Under the pieces are notes generated by a model. That model was not told where the DNA came from. It made no database searches and was given only the letters and a program-made list of their open reading frames with translations. DNA of 62,462 nucleotides, the filler included, from Nitrospinae bacterium RIFCSPLOWO2_12_FULL_45_22 (GTDB taxonomy: Bacteria > 2-12-FULL-45-22): the NCBI GenBank assembly GCA_001803565.1. It is 6 parts of 6 records of this genome, joined end to end, with 100 filler letters (N's around TTAATTAATTAA, not from the genome) between each part and the next. Parts side by side here need not be neighbours in the genome. Positions count along the whole stretch, not along the records: positions 1 to 13,545 come from MHDQ01000217.1; 5 more parts are not named here. The stretch is one strand, 5' to 3'. The position numbers and the translations under genes are program-made. Shown here in pieces: positions 1 to 9,804 of this stretch (positions are counted from its first letter, which is position 1; each line of letters starts with the position of its first letter).

Positions 1-4
1 GGTC

Positions 5-1216
5 ATGATTTCCGAGGAAAGATACCCATTTTATTATCGGCCCTCTTTACCGGAGTATGTGGCGGGCTTGATAACAGAGGAAAGGCTATGGGCCAGGCCA
101 AAAGATTTTTATACCCAGCATAAGATAGAACTTCAGTTAGACCAAAAAGTAGCAAAGGTCCTCCCGGCCGAGAAACTGGTTTGTTTAGAAGATGGGGAAA
201 ATATATCTTACGATAACCTCCTTATTGCTACAGGTGGAAGCCCCGCTCCGTTCCACTGTCCGGGCTGGGATGCCGAGGGTGTAGTACATCTTAAAACTTT
301 AGCCGATGCAAAGAAGCTACGAGAGAAGGTACAGGATGCCTCGGCTGGTGTAGTAATAGGAACCGGGATACTGGGATTAGAATTAATTGATACCTTTATC
401 AAGTGCGGCCTCGTTACCCATTATTTGCTAGCGGGAGATAATATCTGGCCTGCGGTACTGGATGAAGAGGCTTCTGCCGTAGTAGAAAATAGCCTGAGCA
501 AAAGGGGAGTAAGCTTATACAAAAGGGCTAAAATAAGGCATATCGGTTCAGAGAATAATAAGGTTAAAGAGGTACTGCTAACTACCGGGGAGGCTATCTC
601 CTGCCAATTAGTGGGGGTGGCTATAGGCCTACGACCCAATATTGAGATGGTCAGATGGTCAGGCGTCCAACTCCGGGGGATGATCTCTGTCAACCGTAGG
701 ATGGAAACGAGTATCCCCAGGATATTTGCTGCCGGGGATGTAGCCTTGTGCTATGAGATACCAGGAGAGGCTAGCCGCTGCCTTCCCCGGTGGTATCGGG
801 CCTGGAAACAGGGAGAAGTAGCCGGGATGAATATGGTGAGTATAGAAGCCGATTATGAGGAAATACCTATCTGTGCGGCCTCTACCACGATAGCCGGTAT
901 CAATCTCCTTTGCCTGGGCAATCCCCTTCCTCCCGAAGGGGCGGTTAAGATACTCTCAGGAACGGATCGAGATAAAGGGGTCTATAAAAAAATAGTCTTA
1001 AGGGATGGTCAGATAGAAGGGGCCCTGTTTATTGGCGATGTCCGGGGGGGGGCGAAAGTGGCCCAACTAATGCAGGAAGGCCACGCCATAACTCCATCAG
1101 AACAAGCCGTTATCCAAGAGCTGGTCATGGTTGATGGGGCTGGGGCAGCTATGGCTATTTGCCCCATTTGCAAGATGGAAATTAGCCCAGCCGGTTGCCC
1201 TGCTTGTGGCCAGTAA
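5..1216 (+). CDS. NAD(P)/FAD-dependent oxidoreductase (NirB/rubredoxin reductase-like), 5'-truncated, with C-terminal CxxC..CxxC knuckle
   Basis: YxRPxL, LLIATGG, VIGTGILGLE and IFAAGDVA motifs; first GxGxxG lies off-window; ends CPIC-x7-CPAC. Confidence 0.85.
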   Translation: MISEERYPFYYRPSLPEYVAGLITEERLWARPKDFYTQHKIELQLDQKVAKVLPAEKLVCLEDGENISYDNLLIATGGSPAPFHCPGWDAEGVVHLKTLADAKKLREKVQDASAGVVIGTGILGLELIDTFIKCGLVTHYLLAGDNIWPAVLDEEASAVVENSLSKRGVSLYKRAKIRHIGSENNKVKEVLLTTGEAISCQLVGVAIGLRPNIEMVRWSGVQLRGMISVNRRMETSIPRIFAAGDVALCYEIPGEASRCLPRWYRAWKQGEVAGMNMVSIEADYEEIPICAASTTIAGINLLCLGNPLPPEGAVKILSGTDRDKGVYKKIVLRDGQIEGALFIGDVRGGAKVAQLMQEGHAITPSEQAVIQELVMVDGAGAAMAICPICKMEISPAGCPACGQ

Positions 1217-1241
1217 TGCCTTAGCTTTTCTCCCATGACTA

Positions 1242-2078
1242 ATGACCAATGACCTAAATATGATGAAGTTGGAAGATATCTTCAGAGGACAACCAATCAC
1301 CTCTCTTTACGAGATAAATAATTTACCCCAACCAGATAAGGAACGTATTTATCTGAACCTTATCCCAGAGAGACTATTTAGCCGGTTTGAGCTTGACCCC
1401 AGGACTCTCCGGAATAAGGAAGAAGCAAAGGTAATAAAATTCTATTGTCCGCAAGGCATGGGTTTTGTCTCTATTGAGGTAAAATGCCGGCCAGAAGATG
1501 AAGACCCAGTCTTTATCTTGGACTTAGAAACTACTAATCTCTCCCAGGTTGAATTATCTTTCTTATCTTTTAATGACCCTTTTTCTGATCGCTTCAATAT
1601 AGATCGGGATGAGGAGGGAAGGAGGAATTTTTTAGGTACTGGCCGGCGAAATATAAAGGAGGAAGAGCGGGCCTGGGTAGCGGGTTTAACCCCTGGTCAG
1701 GTACGGAAAGGCATAGGCTTGCTTAGAGATTTTTTTGAACTAATGGAGAAATTCATGCAGGCACTGGAAGGTAACCTTTATCTGCTAGAGCCCCTTTTTT
1801 ATCACAATGCCATTACCTATGAAAGATATGGTTGTGGCTACTTAGAGGGGAAACCCCGCATGGAAAAGATCCACCAGGGCTTTACCTTTGGCGGTGAGCT
1901 ATTTGACCGCCTGGATGGCTCCAGCCCGTTTCGACAAAGGGGGTTTGAAAAGACGGTCCGGGGCAGGAGTTGGGCTATCCATGATGGTATCTTACTGGAG
2001 CCCTGGAAGAGTCCCAAAATGTACAAAAAAATCGGGCAAGACCTGGGTATCTCTACCTTCCCAGACGCTATTTTTTGA
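1242..2078 (+). CDS. conserved hypothetical protein, possibly GNAT-fold
   Basis: 278-aa ORF in operon orientation; QVRKGIG and NAITYERYG resemble GNAT motifs A and B. Confidence 0.55.
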   Translation: MTNDLNMMKLEDIFRGQPITSLYEINNLPQPDKERIYLNLIPERLFSRFELDPRTLRNKEEAKVIKFYCPQGMGFVSIEVKCRPEDEDPVFILDLETTNLSQVELSFLSFNDPFSDRFNIDRDEEGRRNFLGTGRRNIKEEERAWVAGLTPGQVRKGIGLLRDFFELMEKFMQALEGNLYLLEPLFYHNAITYERYGCGYLEGKPRMEKIHQGFTFGGELFDRLDGSSPFRQRGFEKTVRGRSWAIHDGILLEPWKSPKMYKKIGQDLGISTFPDAIF

Positions 2079-2373
2079 CCTCGCGACCTAACTGCTTTTC
2101 CACGGATTCTATTTTCCCCGTTAATCGCCCCTTTGCTCCCTCACGATAATCTGTCTTTATCAGGGCACTAACCCGATGGCAGTCCTGTCGCATGGTCTCA
2201 AAACATTCCTTTATAACAGCAAATATTTCATCCCACTCCCCTTCCAGGACAGTACCCATAGGCCCTACCTGGTAGGATAATCCGCTCTTATCTATTATAT
2301 CTATAGACCTGGCCACATACTTACTCACACTCTCCCCTTTGTCTAAGGGACTCATGCTGAATTCTACCAACAT
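2068..2373 (-). CDS. MTH1187/YqgV family thiamine-binding protein
   Basis: EFSMSP, SVSKYVA, GPMGTVLEGEWDE, KTDYR motifs; GGAGG upstream of ATG 2373. Confidence 0.9.
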   Translation of the reverse strand: MLVEFSMSPLDKGESVSKYVARSIDIIDKSGLSYQVGPMGTVLEGEWDEIFAVIKECFETMRQDCHRVSALIKTDYREGAKGRLTGKIESVEKQLGREVKK

Positions 2374-2446
2374 AACCAAATCCTCCCGTAATTTTTAAGT
2401 ACCGTAAGCGGCCTCCTTTCCTTTATTCTTCTATATTACTTTATCA

Positions 2447-2650
2447 GTAACAGTTCAGCCCCTATCGAAAATGAATGTCATTCCGACCCCTTCGCCCCTG
2501 TCATTCCGAGCGAAGCGAGGAATCTTTTATTGGAGCTCAGGGTAAACTCCGGGAGGAATCCTTGTTTCGACGATAGGAGAAATCTTCAAGCCTCCGGTCT
2601 CGGAAAGATTTCTCGCTGCGCTCGAAATGACAAAGAACCTGAACTGTTAC
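2447..2650. mobile_element. MITE with GTAACAGTTCAG terminal inverted repeats and perfect 8-bp target duplication
   Basis: CTTTATCA at 2439-2446 and 2651-2658; near-identical copy at 56319-56500; internal GTCATTCCGAGCG..CGCTCGAAATGAC palindrome. Confidence 0.9.
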
Positions 2651-2869
2651 CTTTATCATATCATATCATAAAACCGATCATTCGAGAGGTTTTAGTTTTC
2701 AATTTTACGTCATACTCCATATTCACCCAAAAGTAGAAAGAGAATGAAAGAGTATAATTCCATGTTGTAGCGGAAGCCTTGAAGGGAAATGTATTTACAC
2801 TCCCGTAGGACGGGCGTCTCGCCCGTCTAAAGCGACTTTCACGTAGCCCGGCTCTGGTTAGAAGTCTAC

Positions 2870-2898
2870 TTGACTATGCCTATCCATTGGGATACCTT
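2870..2898 (+). promoter_or_regulatory. candidate sigma70 promoter
   Basis: TTGACT-17nt-TACCTT, with a TATCC-N4-GGATA palindrome over the spacer. Confidence 0.35.
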
Positions 2899-2962
2899 AT
2901 CTTTACGATAGCATTGGAAATGTATGCAGGGACTACGATAAATATCTCTCTGGGATCTATTC

Positions 2963-3433
2963 ATGGCTAGAGGAAGGATAAAAAAATGGTCGTTGGGTAG
3001 TACTCTGGTAATAACTCTCGTTTGTATGAGCGGATGGTGCTATGCTGGGGATATGTTCTGCAAGATGCACCCGGGCTCTATTTGTACCTGTCCGGAGTTT
3101 TGTAAGCTATCTTTTCCTGCCCAACCTGAATCTGGAGATAAGGGACACGATTCTTGTCAGCGTATTTCTCATACCAGACCAGATAAGTCCCTTAAAGAGC
3201 GTACCGATACGCAATCTGTCCGTGATCACTATTGTTGGTTAATCAATCCGGATTGTGGTGGGCCTCTTCGGACCAATAAATTATTCGCCCAACCTGATAC
3301 ATTGCTTATCCTACCTGCCTACGCAAACACTTCTCCTACTTACCAGTTCAGTAAATTTTTCTTGGATGATCTAATCCTTCCCCTAAAAATCTGTTTGGAA
3401 CCACCATCTCACCCACCTGAGAGTATCTCCTGA
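2963..3433 (+). CDS. Cys/His-rich exported protein, DUF2946/CruR-like leader ORF candidate
   Basis: N-terminal hydrophobic segment, CKMH..CTC..C cluster, C-terminal PPSHPP, directly upstream of a copper-type TBDT. Confidence 0.55.
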   Translation: MARGRIKKWSLGSTLVITLVCMSGWCYAGDMFCKMHPGSICTCPEFCKLSFPAQPESGDKGHDSCQRISHTRPDKSLKERTDTQSVRDHYCWLINPDCGGPLRTNKLFAQPDTLLILPAYANTSPTYQFSKFFLDDLILPLKICLEPPSHPPESIS

Positions 3434-3739
3434 TTGTATAAAGCGTCATTAGTCACTGGTCATTAGCTTGACATTATCACATTAGAAACCGATGCCTTCG
3501 TAGAGAGGGGGGGCCATTCTTATCCCGCTCCTGAAACAAGTTCAGGACTGGTTTTAAGGCGGGGTTAGAAAACTCCACTTATCGTTCTCTACAGGGAAAT
3601 GTGACCGTGTCAAATTACTCCAGCTTTTTGTTTTACACTTTTATTTTAGCTCGATCTTTGCCTGTTTGTCTTTGCGTCCTTTGTATCTCGGCAGTGAAGA
3701 ATGTCCCAAGATAGCGATAAAAGTGGAGGAGATCATACT

Positions 3740-5737
3740 ATGCGAAAAATCTTTCTTATCATCCTGGGAACTATTTTTTTGCTAGTATCTAAGCCGGCCT
3801 TTTCCCAGGAAGGAGAAGGTTCGGGGAAAAAGGTCTTGAAGCTCGAAGAGATAAAGGTTATAGGGGAGAGGATAGAGTCTAGTCCATATCCTGCTTCGAT
3901 CATAAAGAAAGAGGATATAGAGGAATTTACCGCCCGGGATGCCGGTGAGATGCTCCGGAAGGTAACAGGACTTTCAGCCGTTCGCCGGGGGGCTATTGGT
4001 CTAGACCCGGTCATCCGGGGTCTCAAGGAAGACCGGATTACCTTATTATTTGATGGGACCAGGATGTATGGTGCCTGTCCGGGCAGGATGGACCCACCAT
4101 CCATGCATGTAGATATTGACGAACTAGAGGGCCTGGAGGTTATCCGGGGGCCCTACTCGGTCATCCAGGGGCCCGGGATAATGGGTGGTGTGATCAATCT
4201 CATAAAAAGAAAGCCGACAAGGTTTGAAGAGTTTGAAATCCACGGAGAAATAGATTCCGGCTTTGATAGCACGGCCTCTGGTAAAAAGGGCAGGCTTACG
4301 CTTTGGGGTGGGGCTAAACCCTTCGATTTTCAACTGAGTACGGGTGGGAAAAATTATCGTGACTACCGCTCTGGCGATAGTAAGGTGCATGACTCCCGTT
4401 TCAGGGATATCAATTATGACCTTAGGGTCGGTCTTAACCCTACCCATATGCAGCGGCTGGAATTTGGTTATGGACAGGGATTTGGCCGAGATATGCGCTA
4501 CCCGGCGTTGGCCATGGATGGACGGGATGATGATACGGAAATGTATAGCCTGGAATATTCTTTTAAGGAACCCTTACCCCGCATGAAATACCTCTCCGCT
4601 AAACTCTACCGGAACCGAGTAGACCACCTGATGGATAACAAACATAAACCGACCTTACCTATGATGTTTATGCAGACCGATAGCCATACGGATACCTATG
4701 GTGGCAAGCTGGAAACAGGTTTTAGCTTTGCCCCCTGGGGATCTCTAATCACTGGCATAGATTTTTATGAGCTATCAGCAGATAACAATCGGTTAATGAT
4801 CCGAGATATGCCTATGACCATGTGGTCAAAGATATGGCCCGAGGCATATATAAATGATTTAGGAGGATTTATCGAATACCAGCTTGATCCTTTTCCTAAA
4901 CTGAGTACTACTCTGGGTTTTAGGGCTGATGGAGTAAGGGCCGATGCCCAGCAATCTTCTCCCCAGGGGGAGACCAATGTCAGTGGTAACCTGGGACTAA
5001 TATACCACCTGATGGATAATATTGATTTGAGAGGCTCTCTGGGACGTGGAGTTCGAACGGCCAACCCGAATGAGAGATACTCTAATTATTTTATTAACAC
5101 AGTGGATAACTATGATTATCTGGGAGACCCGGAGCTCGACCCAGAAAAGAGTCTCCAGCTTGACCTGGGGCTCCAGGCCAGGTTTCAGCGACTCAATATC
5201 AACCTTTCAGCCTTCTATAACCAGATAAACGACTATATAAGCGGGAAGATCAATCCTAACCTGCGCCCCACGACTACAGGAGCCAGGGGTGTTAAGCAAT
5301 ATGTCAATATTGAACGGGCTACCCTGCGGGGGGTTGAACTAGCTGGTAGGTTGTTGGTAACACCAACGGTTTCCCTGTTGGGTAACCTGGCTTATACCTG
5401 GGGCAATGATGAAGAAGCTGATGCCCCGCTACCGGAAATACCGCCTCTAGAAGCTAATTTGGGGCTTAGGTATGATGATCTGGAAGAGAGGTTCTGGATC
5501 GAGATGGATGCTAGAGTTGTAGATGATCAGGACCGGGCAGCCCGGTCGTTTGGGGAAGATCAGACCGGGGGTTTTTCTACCTTTGGGGTACGGGGTGGTA
5601 TCCACCTCCAGAAAGGTTACGAGCTAATAGTAGGGGTGGAAAATATCTCTGATAAAAAATATCATGAACATCTAAACCGAGCCAATTTACCTGAACCAGG
5701 AATTAATGTCTATGCCTTAGTAAAGGCAGGGTTCTAG
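3740..5737 (+). CDS. oprC: TonB-dependent copper receptor (OprC/NosA-like)
   Basis: Signal peptide, plug with GACPGRMDPP (CxxxM), VIRGPYSV, Met-rich loops, LDPEKS, C-terminal Phe; GGAGG before ATG 3740. Confidence 0.85.
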   Translation: MRKIFLIILGTIFLLVSKPAFSQEGEGSGKKVLKLEEIKVIGERIESSPYPASIIKKEDIEEFTARDAGEMLRKVTGLSAVRRGAIGLDPVIRGLKEDRITLLFDGTRMYGACPGRMDPPSMHVDIDELEGLEVIRGPYSVIQGPGIMGGVINLIKRKPTRFEEFEIHGEIDSGFDSTASGKKGRLTLWGGAKPFDFQLSTGGKNYRDYRSGDSKVHDSRFRDINYDLRVGLNPTHMQRLEFGYGQGFGRDMRYPALAMDGRDDDTEMYSLEYSFKEPLPRMKYLSAKLYRNRVDHLMDNKHKPTLPMMFMQTDSHTDTYGGKLETGFSFAPWGSLITGIDFYELSADNNRLMIRDMPMTMWSKIWPEAYINDLGGFIEYQLDPFPKLSTTLGFRADGVRADAQQSSPQGETNVSGNLGLIYHLMDNIDLRGSLGRGVRTANPNERYSNYFINTVDNYDYLGDPELDPEKSLQLDLGLQARFQRLNINLSAFYNQINDYISGKINPNLRPTTTGARGVKQYVNIERATLRGVELAGRLLVTPTVSLLGNLAYTWGNDEEADAPLPEIPPLEANLGLRYDDLEERFWIEMDARVVDDQDRAARSFGEDQTGGFSTFGVRGGIHLQKGYELIVGVENISDKKYHEHLNRANLPEPGINVYALVKAGF

Positions 5738-5842
5738 CGTTTTTCTGAAAATGACCTTTTCTGGCAGGCGAGACGTCTGTCCTATGGTTAGGCGTTTCGC
5801 ATGACTAATTTTCTTTTTCCTATGTGGTCAAAAGACTGGGTA

Positions 5843-6601
5843 ATGAAGATATCTCTTCTGGTTTCTCTAATGGTACATGCTTCCCTTTTCCTGGCAACCA
5901 TAGGGAAAAGGCAACTATCTCTTGATATGAGGGAAATAGTATATATAAGGATAATTGCTGACCATCCCTCCACTTCAACCGGAAAAATCAAGCAGTTGCC
6001 AGTATATACTTATCCGCTCCATAGTAAAATGGCCAGGGTAAAGCACCTCAAAGAGAAATCCCCCCTCCAAAAGGAGGTTAGCAAAAAAGCAGAAAAGAGG
6101 AAGTCCAAAGATAATTTAGTGACACCCACACAACCTGGGTCTCGTCCAGGGTTGGTTTCGGAACCAAAACCGGCCCCTAAACCCACTGGTACTGTCTTAT
6201 CTGGAGTTAGTTATAAACCTCAACCACCAGTCCTCTTTCTCAGTAAAGAGCCAACGAAGCCCTTGGGTAGTGACGGTATCTCTCCAGAAAAGCAGAGAGA
6301 TATCTTATTGCAATTCCAGTCATGGGTCAGGCAAAAAATTGACCAGGCCAAGCTCTATCCACGACAGGCCAGGCAAATGGATATTGAAGGGAGGGTATCT
6401 ATACGCTTCAATATTTTGAATAATGGCCAGGTAGGCGGGATTACAGTAATTACCTCTTCCGGATATAGTATCCTGGACAAGGCGGCCAAGAGGATGGTAA
6501 ATAAAGCCGCTCCCTTTGTGCCAATACCAGAGCAATTAAAAAATCAGAGTACCATCCAGATAGAAGTGCCTATCATTTTTAGCCTGGCAGAAGAGCAATG
6601 A
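5843..6601 (+). CDS. tonB: energy transducer TonB
   Basis: SxxxH transmembrane anchor, Pro/Lys linker, YPRQARQMDIEGRV..SSGYSILDKAA C-terminal domain. Confidence 0.9.
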   Translation: MKISLLVSLMVHASLFLATIGKRQLSLDMREIVYIRIIADHPSTSTGKIKQLPVYTYPLHSKMARVKHLKEKSPLQKEVSKKAEKRKSKDNLVTPTQPGSRPGLVSEPKPAPKPTGTVLSGVSYKPQPPVLFLSKEPTKPLGSDGISPEKQRDILLQFQSWVRQKIDQAKLYPRQARQMDIEGRVSIRFNILNNGQVGGITVITSSGYSILDKAAKRMVNKAAPFVPIPEQLKNQSTIQIEVPIIFSLAEEQ

Positions 6602-6734
6602 GGAAAAAAGGACCGGGATTACTGAATTTATCAAATTATCAAAAAGGTATTGACGAAGCGATTTATTTTGTGTAAAAAGGATAAATAATTTTATCTGAGG
6701 ATGTTGCCGAGAAAAAAGGAGGGCTGATGGGATA

Positions 6735-7130
6735 ATGCCGATTTATGAATATCTTTGCACTAATTGCCGCAGGTTATTTTCTAAACTCTGGCCCACTATT
6801 GCCGCAAGTCAAGGGGCGTGTTGCCCATACTGTAATAGCTATGATCTGAACCGTCTGATATCCCGGGTTTCATTGATCAAATCCGAAGAGAGTCGGTTAG
6901 AGGGCCTAGCTGATCCAAGTAAATTAGGAGACCTGGATGAAAGTGATCCGAGAAGCGTTGGTCGCTGGATGCGAAAAATGGGCCAGGAGATGGGAGAGGA
7001 GTTGGGGGATGAGTTTGGTGAGATGGTAAATAGACTGGAGGCGGGAGAAAGCCCGGAAGATATTGAAAGATCATTAGGGGAGCCCGCGGCGGATTACAAT
7101 TCAACTGATCTAACTGATCTATATGAATAA
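6735..7130 (+). CDS. FmdB family zinc-ribbon protein
   Basis: MPIYEYxCxxC..CPYC..LxRLIS. Confidence 0.9.
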   Translation: MPIYEYLCTNCRRLFSKLWPTIAASQGACCPYCNSYDLNRLISRVSLIKSEESRLEGLADPSKLGDLDESDPRSVGRWMRKMGQEMGEELGDEFGEMVNRLEAGESPEDIERSLGEPAADYNSTDLTDLYE

Positions 7131-7530
7131 GAAAAAATTTTTCCCTTTCATCCTTTTATTGGCTCTTTTGTTGCCGGGCCTGTTTCTGCTTAATTGCAGT
7201 AAAAAAGGCAAGCTATTGAAGTTCAGCGCCCAATATCAGTTGTATCCGCAGCACTGGCAGAAATATCGCCTTTTTATCGAAGAAGGGGAGCCAGATTATG
7301 TAGTTTATGCTTCTGACAGATATCAGGAGCGGTGGGTTTATATATGCCTTAATAAAATATATAACTTCCAGGAGCTGCCAGGTGATAAGAAAAACGACGA
7401 GGAAGAGCAACGCTTCAAGATAGCCTCCGAAGCCCTTAAGGGTTCTGAGCTAGAGAAAAAGCTCTCAGCCAAAGATAGAGAGCGGCTGAAAAACTGTATA
7501 GAAAAGAAAAAGGGACAGGAGCAACCTTAG
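7123..7530 (+). CDS. hypothetical (lipo)protein
   Basis: Basic N-terminus, hydrophobic stretch, LLNC lipobox-like; overlaps previous stop. Confidence 0.6.
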   Translation: MNKKKFFPFILLLALLLPGLFLLNCSKKGKLLKFSAQYQLYPQHWQKYRLFIEEGEPDYVVYASDRYQERWVYICLNKIYNFQELPGDKKNDEEEQRFKIASEALKGSELEKKLSAKDRERLKNCIEKKKGQEQP

Positions 7531-8366
7531 TCCTTCCAGAATATCTCCCCTATAGCTACTCCTATATCCCTTGGATCATTATTATTGTATCTAGCCTCTA
7601 ACGGACTCCAGGTTCGGTCCACCTTAAAAGTTAGTTTGAGGGCCTTTTTATCCCAGGACGGCAATTTATACTCCAATACTTCCCACCAGCCACCCTTTTT
7701 CAATACAACTGTATCCCACAATTTATCATCCATAAAGACTTCCACCTTTACCGGGTTTCTCCCCATATGGGGGTGGACGGCCTGGATAGGGATGGATAAT
7801 ACGGTTCCTTTAACTGCTAGCATGATGGAGGCTTGTTTCCGGGTCCACCGGAAGGAGGTGCCGTTATCTCCCATCTCCTGGTCATAAAATCCTACCCTAG
7901 AGCCGATCTCCCACCCTTTCCAGGAAAAAGGCCCTACCGCTGCCCCTAAGTCCCGATCGTCATTACTACCTATGGTTTCCAGGGGGTTCCAGGTGCGGTT
8001 GACTTTGAACCTCAGTTCTACAGATTTCTTCTTGGGATCAGGAATAAGATAGTCAAAGCTCTGCCATTTACGGTGCCGTAAAACTATCTCCTCTATGAAC
8101 TGCCCATCTATAGAGAGCTTTACTTTGACAGGTTTTTGCGCGATATCTGGGTTAGCGGCTGAGACAGGTATAGTTATCACCGGCCCTTCAACGGGTATCC
8201 TTACTGAGGCCGCATTCTTAGTCCAGCGATACCGAAATTTTGGCCCTAGCTTCTCCCATTGATACCAACCCTCTCCGCCACGATAATGAAGGATAAGATA
8301 GCCCCCTAATAACAAAAAGATAATGAGATAATAATACCAGTAGGTTCTTTTGCTATTATTGCTCAT
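7527..8366 (-). CDS. membrane-anchored hypothetical protein with two tandem beta-rich domains
   Basis: Repeated (F/Y)RWT..PVKV..FKVxRTWxPLE..DxRDxG units after one TM helix. Confidence 0.75.
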   Translation of the reverse strand: MSNNSKRTYWYYYLIIFLLLGGYLILHYRGGEGWYQWEKLGPKFRYRWTKNAASVRIPVEGPVITIPVSAANPDIAQKPVKVKLSIDGQFIEEIVLRHRKWQSFDYLIPDPKKKSVELRFKVNRTWNPLETIGSNDDRDLGAAVGPFSWKGWEIGSRVGFYDQEMGDNGTSFRWTRKQASIMLAVKGTVLSIPIQAVHPHMGRNPVKVEVFMDDKLWDTVVLKKGGWWEVLEYKLPSWDKKALKLTFKVDRTWSPLEARYNNNDPRDIGVAIGEIFWKD

Positions 8367-8514
8367 CCTAACCCCCCTTTTATTTTAATCTGGCCCCAAT
8401 CAAATACCATATTGTTAAAGATTTTGCAATTCATAGTTTTATGCGGGAATCCCTTCCGTCTCGGGTGAAGGAGCAGGCGGATATATCCGGTGAGTTTTCT
8501 CTAAATTTTTATCC

Positions 8515-8543
8515 TTGACAACCTGCCTTCGACCTGGAACAAT
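8515..8543 (+). promoter_or_regulatory. candidate sigma70 promoter
   Basis: TTGACA-17nt-AACAAT with TG extended -10. Confidence 0.45.
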
Positions 8544-8659
8544 TAACCCTGATGGCCTGGGGTAATTTCTTGCTATTGCCCCCATCTCGAAGCCGGCCCC
8601 GCTATCTCTACCTTGGTAGCCTAATTTTTTGTTGGACTAAGAACTAAGGGAGGTATGGT

Positions 8660-9610
8660 ATGGCAATTAGGTCCCACCTACCTGTCCGTCCAGCAGGCGG
8701 GAAGGGAAAGTTAAGCAAATACGGATGGTATCGTACTTCTACCAGGCAAATTATATTTCTTTCCTGTATTGCTCTTCTACATCTAGCTAGCCCTCCAGTC
8801 AGTATAGGCTATTGGTGGGGCCTGAATTATATCCCTACTGCCGATACTTGGCCTTCCAATACCTTTTTCCCGCAGGCTTATGAAGGGGGGTATCTGAAGT
8901 ATAACTGGAAGGACCCCATCACTAATGAACGATATAAACTCTCTTTCTGGGAGACGGATACCCAATGGTATACCTTTTCTTTGGGTCTCCCCACCCTAAA
9001 GATTACTAAAGAATGGAAGATTGATTGGGATGTAGGGTTGAACTGGATCCAACCGGATAGTCCGTTTTATGATGAGGTTCAGTGGGATACCAAGATAAAG
9101 TTCTTAAGCGATGGGCAATTCCATATCCCTTATCTGCCTGCTATGGCCGTAGGGATTGGTTATCTCGGTGGGCGACTGGACCTGGATTTCTATGAGAAAT
9201 TTGATACCCAGGGAAGATATCATCATCCAAACGCTTCTTATCCAACCTTTTATCTGGTGGCCAGCAAGAATCTACCCATTCCTCACCTGGCCCCCCAAAT
9301 TACCCTAACCTATATGTGGAACAATTACGGGATCAATGAAGAGGATGTTTGGGGAATAGGAGGCTATGGCTGGATTTGGCCAGAAAAAGTCGGTTGGATG
9401 ATAGATTGGTATGGTGGCGACCTTGGCTATTATGGGTTAGGGCTTTTCTGGCAGCCTGTTTCCTTGATAGGGTTCACGGTCAGCTATTATTTCCCCAATA
9501 AGAGAGACTATCAATCCAGCAGATGGGGGGTAAGGATTGAGGATTTTAATGCTGAGCAACTATTTTTCGGATTTTGGCTAACCATTCCCCTAAAATTCCT
9601 CACCAGGTAA
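8660..9610 (+). CDS. putative outer-membrane beta-barrel protein (YjbH-like)
   Basis: GLNYIPTAD after a hydrophobic signal-like segment, aromatic alternating strands, FYLVASK; GGAGG RBS. Confidence 0.55.
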   Translation: MAIRSHLPVRPAGGKGKLSKYGWYRTSTRQIIFLSCIALLHLASPPVSIGYWWGLNYIPTADTWPSNTFFPQAYEGGYLKYNWKDPITNERYKLSFWETDTQWYTFSLGLPTLKITKEWKIDWDVGLNWIQPDSPFYDEVQWDTKIKFLSDGQFHIPYLPAMAVGIGYLGGRLDLDFYEKFDTQGRYHHPNASYPTFYLVASKNLPIPHLAPQITLTYMWNNYGINEEDVWGIGGYGWIWPEKVGWMIDWYGGDLGYYGLGLFWQPVSLIGFTVSYYFPNKRDYQSSRWGVRIEDFNAEQLFFGFWLTIPLKFLTR

Positions 9611-9711
9611 ATCTTGTAACAGCCTAGCCATCTAAAGTTATCTAAAGATTTACCCCGGATACTCACCGATCAAGGGCCAGGGATCGGTCGTCAGGTGGAG
9701 AAAAAATTTTC

Positions 9712-9770
9712 TTGACAGGATATAAGGTAATGGATAAAATGGAGAAATAAACTAACTAACCAGTCAGTCA
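9712..9770 (+). promoter_or_regulatory. sigma70 promoter with downstream TetR-type operator candidate
   Basis: TTGACA-17nt-TAAAAT (9712-9740); imperfect palindrome TAACTAACCAGTCAGTCA (9753-9770). Confidence 0.65.
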
Positions 9771-9804
9771 ATACCTTTACCCTTCTGGAAAGATAGACCG
9801 TACT

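Noticed and set aside
2530-2736. Short ORFs at 2530-2736, 56347-56535, 57320-57550, 17284-17511, 24026-24241
   Set aside because: They are read through MITE/REP sequence
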